Shown here: positions 18,868-27,247 of the stretch, one piece after another
Layout of the letters: each line of letters begins with the position of its first letter
Numbering within the stretch: position 1 is the first letter of the stretch
Assembly (NCBI RefSeq): GCF_000011125.1
Contig: NC_000854.2
Coordinates: forward strand, 690,001-722,000
Direction: 5' to 3'
Origin: Aeropyrum pernix K1
Lineage (GTDB): Archaea; Thermoproteota; Thermoprotei_A; Sulfolobales; Acidilobaceae
Length of the DNA: 32,000 bases
Notes under the pieces: model-generated
The model's input: the letters and a program-made list of their open reading frames with translations, nothing else
What the model was told of the DNA's origin: nothing
Databases searched by the model: none
Program-made: the position numbers and the translations under genes

Positions 18868-19917
18868 ATGCCGCCTAAGAGGGATGGGGAGGTCCTCGTC
18901 CTGGGTATAGAGTCTACAGCCCACACCTTCGGCGTGGGGATAGTCTCGACCAGGCCCCCTATCGTCAGGGCGGATGTGAGGAGGAGGTGGACTCCTAGGG
19001 AGGGGGGCATACTCCCCCGGGAGGTGGCTGAGTTCTTCAGCCTCCACGCCGGCGAGGCGGTGGCGGAGGCTCTGGGTGAGGCCGGGGTCTCCATTGCTGA
19101 CGTGGATGCTGTGGCCGTTGCTCTGGGGCCTGGTATGGGGCCTGCCCTCAGGGTGGGGGCTACCGTGGCGAGGGCGCTGTCGGCCAAGTACGGGAAGCCC
19201 CTGGTCCCCGTGAACCATGCTGTGGCCCACGTTGAGGCGGCGAGGTTCACAACGGGGCTCCGGGACCCTGTGGCCCTCTATGTTGCGGGGGGTAACACGA
19301 CCGTGGTCTCCTTTGTCGCCGGGAGGTACAGGACGTTCGGCGAGACCCTGGACATAGCGCTGGGCAACCTCCTGGACACGTTCGCCAGGGAGGCGGGGAT
19401 AGCGCCCCCCTACGTCGCCGGGGGCCTCCACGCTGTGGACAGGTGCGCCGAGGGGGGCGGGTTCGTGGAGGGCATACCCTACGTGGTTAAGGGGCAGGAC
19501 GTATCCTTCAGCGGAATACTCACGGCGGCACTAAGGCTCCTGAAGAGGGGGGCGAGGCTGAGTGACGTGTGCTACACCCTGAGGGAGGTGGCGTTCTCGA
19601 GCGTGGTGGAGGTTACAGAGAGGTGCCTCGCCCACACGGGCAAGAGGCAGGCCACCCTGACGGGGGGAGTTGCGGCTAACAGGGTGCTCAACGAGAAGAT
19701 GAGCCTGATGGCGGGGCTCCACGGCGCCGTCTACAGACCGGTGGACGTGAGGCTCAGCGGCGACAACGGAGTCATGATAGCCCTCACCGGCCTCGCCGCC
19801 TACCTCCACGGCGTCATCATAGACCCGGGGGAGGCGTATATAAGGCAGAGGTGGAGGATAGACGAGGTGGACATACCATGGTATCCCTGGCTCCCTGGGG
19901 ACCCGCCGCCCGGCTAG
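18868..19917 (+). CDS. kae1: KEOPS subunit Kae1 (tRNA N6-threonylcarbamoyladenosine transferase)
   Basis: VLGIESTAHTFGVGI, PVNHAVAHVEA (HxxxH), VALYVAGGNTTV, ATLTGGVAANRVL, RLSGDNGVMIA. Confidence 0.96.
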   Translation: MPPKRDGEVLVLGIESTAHTFGVGIVSTRPPIVRADVRRRWTPREGGILPREVAEFFSLHAGEAVAEALGEAGVSIADVDAVAVALGPGMGPALRVGATVARALSAKYGKPLVPVNHAVAHVEAARFTTGLRDPVALYVAGGNTTVVSFVAGRYRTFGETLDIALGNLLDTFAREAGIAPPYVAGGLHAVDRCAEGGGFVEGIPYVVKGQDVSFSGILTAALRLLKRGARLSDVCYTLREVAFSSVVEVTERCLAHTGKRQATLTGGVAANRVLNEKMSLMAGLHGAVYRPVDVRLSGDNGVMIALTGLAAYLHGVIIDPGEAYIRQRWRIDEVDIPWYPWLPGDPPPG

Positions 19918-20573
19918 AGGAGCTCCCCCTACTGAAGAGGGGGGCCGAGGCCGAGATCAGGCTGGGGGAGTTTATGGGGCTCCAGGCCGTGTATAAGGCT
20001 AGGGTTAGGAAGCCCTACATGCACCCCAGGCTCGCCGAGAGGCTTGTCAGGCTGAGGACTAGGAGGGAGGCCAGGGTTATAGCGGCAGCCAGGGCCGCGG
20101 GGGTCAGCGCCCCAGCCCTCCTCGCCGTCTTCCCCAGCCTCGGGCTGATTGTGATGGAGTATGTGGAGGGCCCCCTCCTCAAGGACGTCATAGACCGGCG
20201 GGGCCTCGGGGCCGGGGGGCTTGTGGAGGAGGCTGGCTACAACCTCGGCCTCCTCCACAGGGCGGGCGTCGTACACGGGGACCCCACCACCTCGAACTAC
20301 ATAGTCAGGGGAGGGGGTGTGGTGCTGATAGACTACGGGCTGGCGGAGTTCAGCTCCAGCGTTGAGGACAGGGCGGTGGACCTCCACCTCTTCAGGAGGG
20401 CTGTGGAGAGCACCCACGCCCCCCTGGCGGGGGAGCTCTACAGCCTCTACACCCGGGGCTACCTGAGGGCCGTGGGGGAGTGGGGCGGGGAGGTGTTGCG
20501 GAGGGCTGAGGAGATAAGGCTGAGGGGGAGGTATGTGAGGGAGAGGCGGAGGAGCGTGTGGGGCGTTGGCTAG
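19878..20573 (+). CDS. bud32: KEOPS-associated kinase Bud32
   Basis: LLKRGAEAEIRLGEFMGLQAVYKARVRKPYMHPRL..., GLLHRAGVVHGDPTTSNYI (HGDxTTSN), LIDYGLAEF. ATG at 19878 lies inside the kae1 3' end. Confidence 0.95.
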   Translation: MVSLAPWGPAARLEELPLLKRGAEAEIRLGEFMGLQAVYKARVRKPYMHPRLAERLVRLRTRREARVIAAARAAGVSAPALLAVFPSLGLIVMEYVEGPLLKDVIDRRGLGAGGLVEEAGYNLGLLHRAGVVHGDPTTSNYIVRGGGVVLIDYGLAEFSSSVEDRAVDLHLFRRAVESTHAPLAGELYSLYTRGYLRAVGEWGGEVLRRAEEIRLRGRYVRERRRSVWGVG

Positions 20574-21132
20574 GAGGATCCTCCTCGTCACGGGGAACAG
20601 GGGTAAGCTGGAGGAGGCTAGGGAGGTCCTCAGGGAGTATGGGGTGGAGGTTGAGCAGGCCCAGGCGTGGAAGCTGGAGGTGCAGTCTGAGAGCCTGGAG
20701 GAGATAGCCCTCCGGGCCGCGAGGGTCGCCTACGCCCAGCTCCGCAGGCCCCTCGCTGTTGAGGACGCCGGCCTCTTCATAAACGCTCTAAACGGGTTCC
20801 CCGGCCCCTACAGCAGCTACGCCTACAAGACCATAGGAATACCCGGCGTCCTCAGGCTGCTGGAGGGGGCGGCTGATAGGGGGGCGTGCTTCAAGGCGGC
20901 GGTGGCCTATGTAGCCCCCCTGGTGGAGAGGGTTTTCACCGGTGAGGTCTGCGGCTCCATAGCCAGGGAGCCCCGGGGCTCCCAGGGGTTCGGGTTCGAC
21001 CCCATATTCGTGCCCGAGGGCTACAGCAGCACCTTCGCCGAGCTCGGGCCTGGTGTGAAGAACAGGATAAGCCACCGTGCCAGGGCCTTCAGGAGGCTGG
21101 GGGAGTGGCTCTCCCGGAGGGATCCTTTATAA
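20566..21132 (+). CDS. rdgB: XTP/dITP pyrophosphatase (RdgB/HAM1 family)
   Basis: TTG start; ILLVTGNRGKLEEAREVLREYG, LAVEDAGLFINALNGFPGPYSSYAYKTIG, GFGFDPIFVPEG. Confidence 0.95.
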   Translation: MARRILLVTGNRGKLEEAREVLREYGVEVEQAQAWKLEVQSESLEEIALRAARVAYAQLRRPLAVEDAGLFINALNGFPGPYSSYAYKTIGIPGVLRLLEGAADRGACFKAAVAYVAPLVERVFTGEVCGSIAREPRGSQGFGFDPIFVPEGYSSTFAELGPGVKNRISHRARAFRRLGEWLSRRDPL

Positions 21133-21197
21133 TCCCTCGGCTAAACCCTATTCTAGCCCGGGCTAGAGCTGTCTGTAGAGCGTGAGGTGTGTAAGCT

Positions 21198-21650
21198 GTG
21201 AACAAGAGGAGGGAGAAGGGCCAGTCCCACTCCACCAGGCCCCCGCACCCGCAGCCGCCCCAGTGGCTGGTGTTCACCCCCGAGGAGATAGAGCTGCTCA
21301 TAGCCGAGCTGGCTAAGAAGGGCTACGGCCCGAGCATGATAGGGATAATACTGAGGGACCAGTACGGCATACCCCTGGTCAAGCCCATACTGGGCAAGGG
21401 GGTCAGCGAGGTCCTCAGGGAGAAGGGCCTCCACCCACCCCTCCCCGAGGACCTCCTAATGCTCATAAGGAAGGCCGTCAACCTGAGGCGCCACCTCGAC
21501 GAGCACCCTAAGGACTACCACGCCAAGAAGGGGCTCATAGACCTCGAGTCCAAGATAAGGAGGCTAGTGAAATACTACAAGAGGAGGGGAGTCCTACCCC
21601 CCGACTGGAAGTACGACCCCGAGGCGGCCAAACTCCTAGTATCAACCTAA
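21198..21650 (+). CDS. rps15: Small ribosomal subunit protein S15
   Basis: GTG start; [43 protein letters not shown]...[50 protein letters not shown]. Confidence 0.95.
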   Translation: MNKRREKGQSHSTRPPHPQPPQWLVFTPEEIELLIAELAKKGYGPSMIGIILRDQYGIPLVKPILGKGVSEVLREKGLHPPLPEDLLMLIRKAVNLRRHLDEHPKDYHAKKGLIDLESKIRRLVKYYKRRGVLPPDWKYDPEAAKLLVST

Positions 21651-21812
21651 ACCGGTAGGAACCCTAGACAGCCGGCCTTAGACGGCGCCCCCACAGCCGG
21701 GACCCGCCTCCATCCACCCACAAACACTTATGGAGTGGCGGTTTGGCTAGGCGGTTTAGAGTAGACCTCCCGGGGGATATGCTGCTCTAACACCTCCTCC
21801 GGCGGTGGAACG

Positions 21813-21820
21813 CTTAAATA
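21813..21820 (+). promoter_or_regulatory. Putative TATA element upstream of aspartokinase
   Basis: CTTAAATA box-like run about 40 nt upstream of candidate GTG starts at 21859/21862. Confidence 0.4.
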
Positions 21821-21858
21821 AGCCTTCGGCCCCCCGGTATTCCCGGCTCCGAGAGTGG

Positions 21859-23226
21859 GTGGTGGGTTGTGCGCCAAACGATCTAGTCGTCGTCAAGTTC
21901 GGGGGTAGCGTGCTCAACGGCTCCCCGGGGTTTCTGGCGGCGGGCCGCCTCGTCCTGGGCCTCCTGGAGTCCGGCCTCGAGCCTGTGGTTGTCGTCTCCG
22001 CTGTCAAGGGTGTTACCGACGCCCTCCTCTCCTCCTTCGAGAGGCGGGATCCCGGCGTCGGGGGTGCGGTGGGGAAGACCTACCTCTCGATAGCCAGGGA
22101 GCTGGGCCTGCCCCCCGAGTCCGTGAGGGACGTCAGCCTTGCTTCGGCTGAGGTCTCGAAGCTCCTCTGGGCGGCCGAGGTCCTGGGCCAGTGGACGCCG
22201 AGGGTCAGGGATCTCGTGGTCTCCTATGGTGAGAGGCTTAGCGCGGCCCTCATGGCGGGGCTGCTGAGGCGCCTGGGCGTCGAGGCTAGGTGGCTCGGCG
22301 GCGGCGAGGCGGGTATAGTGACGGATGGCGAGTTCGGGGATGCGACGCCCCTCTACGGCTATACGGAGGGCGTTATCAGGGAGAGGCTTGAGCCCATGCT
22401 GGAGGAGGGCGTTGTCCCCGTGGTCGCCGGCTTCACCGGCGCCACTAGGGAGGGGGATACCACCCTGCTGGGCAGGGGCGGTAGCGACCTCACCGCGACC
22501 CTCCTCGCCTCAGCCCTCGGGGCCGGGAGGGTTGTGCTCTACACCGACGTCCCCGGGATACTCAGCGGCGACCCTCGTGTCGTGGGGGAGCCCCGCAGGG
22601 TTGGCTATATGAGCTATGAGGAGGCCTGGGAGGTGGCCAGGCTGGGCCTCAGGAAGTTCCACCCCAGGACTTTCGAGCCCCTCATAGCCGGGGGGCTGGG
22701 GGTGGAGGTGGTGGTCTCCGACCTCAGGGGCAGGAGCACCAGGATAGGCCCGGGTAGGGGCGGGCCCCCGCTGAAGGTGGTCTCCCTCTCCCGTGGAGTG
22801 GCCAGGCTCGTTGTCAGGGGGCCTAGCATGGCCGGCAAGAGGGGGTTCCTCTCGAGGCTCGCAGGCCTCCTAGCGGGTAGGGGCGTGAACATACTGGCCA
22901 TAAGGCAGCCTCCCTCCGAGACTGCTATAGAGCTTGTGGTGGATGAGCGGGACCTCCCCGCGGCTGTGGAGGAGCTTGGGGCCCGCTCGGGCGCGGCTGG
23001 TGTCAGGCTGGAGGTGGAGAGGGGGTTCGATGTAGTGAGCATCGTGGGCTGGGGCGCCGTCGAGGCCCTTCCCGAGGCCCTCTCGGCGGCGGAGAAGACG
23101 GGGGGCAGGCTGCTCAGCACGGGGGAGCTCAGCCCTAGCATCTCCATACTGGCGCGGGGGAGGACCTCGCCGGAGCTGGCCAGGCTTCTCCACAGGAGGG
23201 TGGTTGAGAGTTGGGTGACAGGGTGA
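21859..23226 (+). CDS. lysC: Aspartate kinase
   Basis: LVVVKFGGSVLNG, LLGRGGSDLTATLLASALGAGRVVLYTDVPGI, C-terminal ACT segment VNILAIRQPPSETAIELVV. GTG start at 21859 or 21862 chosen over the upstream ORF-track start. Confidence 0.94.
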   Translation: MVGCAPNDLVVVKFGGSVLNGSPGFLAAGRLVLGLLESGLEPVVVVSAVKGVTDALLSSFERRDPGVGGAVGKTYLSIARELGLPPESVRDVSLASAEVSKLLWAAEVLGQWTPRVRDLVVSYGERLSAALMAGLLRRLGVEARWLGGGEAGIVTDGEFGDATPLYGYTEGVIRERLEPMLEEGVVPVVAGFTGATREGDTTLLGRGGSDLTATLLASALGAGRVVLYTDVPGILSGDPRVVGEPRRVGYMSYEEAWEVARLGLRKFHPRTFEPLIAGGLGVEVVVSDLRGRSTRIGPGRGGPPLKVVSLSRGVARLVVRGPSMAGKRGFLSRLAGLLAGRGVNILAIRQPPSETAIELVVDERDLPAAVEELGARSGAAGVRLEVERGFDVVSIVGWGAVEALPEALSAAEKTGGRLLSTGELSPSISILARGRTSPELARLLHRRVVESWVTG

Positions 23227-24272
23227 GGGCCGCGGTACTGGGGGCCTCCGGCCTGGTGGGCCAGGTCTTCCTAAGGCTCCTCGAGGGCCACCCCTACTTC
23301 GAGGTCGCGGCGGTGGCCTCCAGCCCCGGTAAGGCCGGTTTGGATGCCGCCGAAGCCATAGACTGGATCCTCCCCGGCGGGCCTCCCGGCTATCTGGAGG
23401 GCATGAGGATGTCGAGGCCCGAGCCGGGGGCGCTGAGGGCTGAGGGCGTCGAGCTAGTCTTCTCAGCCCTCCCCTCCCAGGCGGCCGCGGAGCTGGAGCC
23501 CGCCCTTGCCAGGGAGGGCTTCGAGGTTTTCTCCAACTCGAGCAACATGAGGCTCGACCCCGACATACCCCTGGTCAACGGAGAGGTGAACCCCGGCCAC
23601 CTGGCGCTCGCCAAGGCTCAGAGGGAGAGGGGCTGGAGGGGTGTCGTGGTGAAGAACCCCAACTGCACCACAGCCATACTAACACTAGCCCTCAAGCCCA
23701 TAGTGGACGCGGCGGGCCTAAGGGAGGTTCACGTGGCGACCATGCAGGCCATCTCCGGCGCCGGGAGGCGGGGTGTGCCGGGCTACGGGATAGTGGACAA
23801 CATAATCCCCCACATACCGGGGGAGGAGGGGAAGGTTGAGGCCGAGTCGCGCAAGATCCTCGGCAGCCTCCGGGGCGGGAGGCTCGAGCCCGCCGCCTTC
23901 AGTGTGGCCGCTACCACCACCAGGGTCCCCGTGCTGGAGGGACACCTCGAGGTGGTCTACCTCAAGACCGCCCGCCCCATGGAGCCCGGGGAGGCTGTGG
24001 AGGCCCTGGAGTCCTACAGGGGCATCCCCCAGGAGCTGGGGCTCCCCACAGCCCCCCCGAAGCCCCTCAGGGTGCTCCGCGGCGAGGACAGGCCCCAGCC
24101 CCGGCTAGACAGGGCTGCGGGCGGGGGGATGACGGTCTCTGTGGGGAGGGTTGAGGCGAAGGAGGGGGGCTGGCTGAGGATGGTGGTTCTGGGCCACAAC
24201 CTGGTTAGGGGGGCTGCGGGGGCCGCTCTGCTGGCGGCCGAGCTCTGGCTACGGCGGGGGGAGTGGCTGTGA
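23223..24272 (+). CDS. asd: Aspartate-semialdehyde dehydrogenase
   Basis: VRAAVLGASGLVGQVFLRLLEGHPYFEV, VVKNPNCTTAILTLALKPI (active-site Cys), MQAISGAGRRGVPG. The start overlaps the lysC stop (GTGA). Confidence 0.95.
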   Translation: MRAAVLGASGLVGQVFLRLLEGHPYFEVAAVASSPGKAGLDAAEAIDWILPGGPPGYLEGMRMSRPEPGALRAEGVELVFSALPSQAAAELEPALAREGFEVFSNSSNMRLDPDIPLVNGEVNPGHLALAKAQRERGWRGVVVKNPNCTTAILTLALKPIVDAAGLREVHVATMQAISGAGRRGVPGYGIVDNIIPHIPGEEGKVEAESRKILGSLRGGRLEPAAFSVAATTTRVPVLEGHLEVVYLKTARPMEPGEAVEALESYRGIPQELGLPTAPPKPLRVLRGEDRPQPRLDRAAGGGMTVSVGRVEAKEGGWLRMVVLGHNLVRGAAGAALLAAELWLRRGEWL

Positions 24273-25267
24273 GGGTGGCTGTGGCGGGGTTCGGCGGCGT
24301 GGGCAGGAGGCTGGCCAGGCTACTCCTTGAGAGGGGCGGCTCCCACGGCCTCTCCCTGGCTGCCGCGATAGACTCTCGGGGCCACGCGGTCTTCGATAGC
24401 AGGGGCTGCGTGGAGGAGGCTCTCTCCGCGCCCCGCGGGGGGCTTGCGGGGGTGTCGTGCGGGGCGCCTGGCAGCGGCCCGGGGGTGCTTAGGGGGCTGG
24501 GCTACGACGCGCTTGTCCTCACCACCGCCAGCAGCCCCGGGACGGGGGAGCCGGGGCTGGGCTACGCCCGCGCCGCCCTGGAGGATGGGAAGGTGGTGGT
24601 GGCCGCCGACAAGCCCCCGGTGGCGCTGCTCCTCCTCGAGCACGGGGGGCCGCCTCCGGGCCTGTTCTACAAGGCAACTGTCATGGCGGGCACGCCGCTG
24701 ATAGACCTGCTTAGGGTCGGGCTGGCGGGGAGGAGGGTGTTGAGGGTTGTGGGGGTTCTCAACGGGACCTCGAACTACATTCTAAACCTCCTCATGGAGG
24801 GGGTGCCGCTGGAGGAGGCTGTGGAGGCTGCTGTGAGGCTTGGCATAGCAGAGCCGGACCCCTCGGCCGACCTTAGGGGGGTGGACCTCGCCCTCAAAGC
24901 CTCTATAGTCGCCCAGACCCTAGGCTGCCCCGTCGGCCCAGGGGATGTTGTGGTCGGTGGCACGGTCTACGATGCCGCGGGCTGGGCCCCGGGGCTCAGG
25001 GGTGCAGGCGCCGCCTTGAGGTACACCGCCAGGGTTGACGTGGCGGGTTGTAGGGCTGAGATCGGCCTCACCCTCCACGGGGCGGGGAGCAGGCTCTACA
25101 GCCTCCCCGGCAGCCTCAACGCCGCAGTCATAGGGCTCGAGGACTCCACGATCTACCTCGAGGGTCCGGGTGCTGGGCTTGGGGTGACGGCTGCAACCCT
25201 GCTGAGCGACCTTGTCCTCTCCCGCCGGGCCGGCGGGAAGCCCCCCTATTTTCCCGCGGGCCTCTAG
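24263..25267 (+). CDS. hom: Homoserine dehydrogenase
   Basis: VAVAGFGGVGRRLARLLLE, VVVAADKPPVALL, VLNGTSNYILNLLMEGVPLEEAVEAAVRLGIAEPDPSADLRGVDLALKASIVA. Confidence 0.94.
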   Translation: MAVRVAVAGFGGVGRRLARLLLERGGSHGLSLAAAIDSRGHAVFDSRGCVEEALSAPRGGLAGVSCGAPGSGPGVLRGLGYDALVLTTASSPGTGEPGLGYARAALEDGKVVVAADKPPVALLLLEHGGPPPGLFYKATVMAGTPLIDLLRVGLAGRRVLRVVGVLNGTSNYILNLLMEGVPLEEAVEAAVRLGIAEPDPSADLRGVDLALKASIVAQTLGCPVGPGDVVVGGTVYDAAGWAPGLRGAGAALRYTARVDVAGCRAEIGLTLHGAGSRLYSLPGSLNAAVIGLEDSTIYLEGPGAGLGVTAATLLSDLVLSRRAGGKPPYFPAGL

Positions 25268-25279
25268 ATTACCCTTCGG

Positions 25280-26599
25280 GTGCGGCTCCCGGTGTTCAAG
25301 GTTAGGCTGAGCCCGGGCGGCGAGTTCGAGAAGGGTTTTGAGGCGGCGTCCAGCGGGTTCAGGCGTGTGGTGGAGGCCGCCGAGGATTACGGGGGGGTTG
25401 TGAGGATATACTCCTACCCCTCCAGGGACAGCCTCGTCGCGGGCGCCTACCTTTTCAAGAGGCTCCTGGCCCTCGGCCTCAGGCCTGTTGCTGGTGTGAG
25501 TGTGAAGCCTCCCCCCGTCCTCTCGCCCACGGTGCTCCTCGGCTACGACAGCCTGCAGTACAAGGCTACGGAGGTTGAGCACCCCGTCTTCGCCGTCTCC
25601 TCGGGCGAGCTGCGGGGCACACCGGTGATGAACGTCTACATGGTGGAGGCTGAGGGGAGTGTGAGCGCCGCCGCGGCCATCGCCTCCTCGGAGGTGGTGG
25701 GCTATAGGGGCTCATGGGACGTGATGGTCGCCCTCGCCGGCTGCATGGCGGGGAGGTATGTGGAGAGGAACGGCAGGTTCCACGGGCTGGATAGGATGCT
25801 TCTCGACGAGCTGGGGAGGATCGAGGTTTACGGCCTGGAGGTTGTGACCAGCCTCAAGGCCTACAAGCCCATGGAGGGCGGGGTGTGCGACGCCATAGCC
25901 AGGACCGTCAACCCCTACTACCCCAAGATGACGGGCGACCCAGGCTACTGCGCCGAGGTCCTCAGGGGGGAGGGCCTCGAGGGGCTGGCCTCAAGGAGCC
26001 TCTACAGCGTGTCGGACAAGGAGGAGCTCAGCAGGCTCGTCTCCACCATACTCTCCCACGTCTCCCGCTACACCCAGAGGCTCGAGGGGGAGGAGCTTGT
26101 GGAGGAGTACGTGGGGGGCTACCCCATATCCACCGCCCCGGGGGCGCCTGTCGCGGACGCGAGGATGGCCCTCGACGCCCTCACAATGGCCATGGAGCTG
26201 GGGGGCCTGGAGGGGCTGCTGGCCACCGTTATGGACTTGGAGAGGGAGTACCCCATAGCTGAGGCGGCCCTCGAGGACCTGGCCCGGGGGTTCGAGGACC
26301 TCCTCTCCAGGGTTAAGCCCAGGAGGGTGAAAAGCCACCCCAGGCTGAGGCTCTACCTCCTAGGCCCTGAAGCCAGGGAGGCCCCCCTATACCTGCTCTG
26401 GAGGGCCCTCCAGATAACAGGGGTGGTGGAGAGGGATAGCGTGCTCGCCGTGGAGGCAGAGGGCGGGGCTGCGGTTGCCAGCGCGCCACAGGCCGAGGAC
26501 GCCCTGGGCGTGGGGAGCGTGAGGAGGATAGTGGAGTCCAGGCTGGGCAGGCTGGAGGGGCTCAGGCTATGGCTCGACACAAGTGCACTGCAGAGATAA
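25280..26599 (+). CDS. DHH/RecJ-like (Cdc45-like) superfamily protein with apparently degenerate catalytic motifs
   Basis: 439 aa. GGVVRIYSYPSRDSLVAGAYLFKRLLALGLRPVAGVSV...VLLGYDSLQY lies where DHH proteins carry H(N)DxDG and D. The position between S15-side genes and Pcc1 supports a RecJ-like assignment. Assigned by motif position and context, not by database search. Confidence 0.6.
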   Translation: MRLPVFKVRLSPGGEFEKGFEAASSGFRRVVEAAEDYGGVVRIYSYPSRDSLVAGAYLFKRLLALGLRPVAGVSVKPPPVLSPTVLLGYDSLQYKATEVEHPVFAVSSGELRGTPVMNVYMVEAEGSVSAAAAIASSEVVGYRGSWDVMVALAGCMAGRYVERNGRFHGLDRMLLDELGRIEVYGLEVVTSLKAYKPMEGGVCDAIARTVNPYYPKMTGDPGYCAEVLRGEGLEGLASRSLYSVSDKEELSRLVSTILSHVSRYTQRLEGEELVEEYVGGYPISTAPGAPVADARMALDALTMAMELGGLEGLLATVMDLEREYPIAEAALEDLARGFEDLLSRVKPRRVKSHPRLRLYLLGPEAREAPLYLLWRALQITGVVERDSVLAVEAEGGAAVASAPQAEDALGVGSVRRIVESRLGRLEGLRLWLDTSALQR

Positions 26600-26826
26600 C
26601 CCTCCCCGGGGGGCCCGAGATAGCCGAGAGCCTGGAGCCCGACAACCTCCAAACACCCCCATGGCTCAAAATAACCTGCACCCACCAAGAAGGCAGCGTG
26701 GCCTGCACGGTGGAGGTGGAGGGGTGCCACAGCCCCAGAAGGATACTAAGCCTGAGGAACACCATAGACGACCTCCTAAGAAGCTACAGGGCAGCCACCG
26801 AAACCCTAGAAGCCACCCGAAAATAG
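26569..26826 (+). CDS. pcc1: KEOPS complex subunit Pcc1
   Basis: CTAEITLPGGPEIAESLEPDNLQTPPWLKITCTHQEGSVACTVEVEGCHSPRRILSLRNTIDDLLRSYRAATE: SLEPDN and RxTIDDLL are typical of Pcc1. The ORF overlaps the preceding gene by 31 bp. Confidence 0.85.
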   Translation: MARHKCTAEITLPGGPEIAESLEPDNLQTPPWLKITCTHQEGSVACTVEVEGCHSPRRILSLRNTIDDLLRSYRAATETLEATRK

Positions 26827-26839
26827 CGAGCCACCGAAA

Positions 26840-27247
26840 ACCCAGACAGCCTAGTTAAAACATAAACAACACCCAAAACTTTTCCCCTCTTCCGTGGGGA
26901 TGTATATACGTTTAGATTGGGGTAGTGTTTATTAGGCTTGGTTGGGACCCCCTCTCCTGCTGTATATATTTTTGTGTGTGGTTGTTTTTGTATCTCAATG
27001 TTTTCCCCTCAATCTGGGGGAGTATATACTCTTACCTCGTGGGCAAAGCATATTAGGCCCTGTGTGAACCCCCCTTATGGCGAGGCCCCCGGGAGGGGGC
27101 CGGGGGCCGGTGTGGTAAGCCCCGGGGGCCGGGGGTTTATCTATGTGATAGAGTTGGCTACGATCCCGCCCCCGGGATGGCGGGGTGTGGTATAGAATAT
27201 AGTATCGGGTGTAGACACTACAACACACCCCAACAAAACCATGTGCA
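26840..27247 (+). promoter_or_regulatory. Putative CRISPR leader and promoter region
   Basis: Non-coding interval immediately 5' of repeat 1, on the side predicted to be the leader from repeat orientation. Contains TATA-like TATAGAATAT (27191-27200) and inverted repeats. The upstream boundary is arbitrary. Confidence 0.6.

Noticed and set aside
26938-27195. 85 aa + strand ORF MVGTPSPAVYIFVCGCFCISMFS... upstream of the CRISPR array
   Set aside because: Lies in the putative leader region, has no recognisable domain, and spans the GC hairpin. Treated as non-coding without further evidence.
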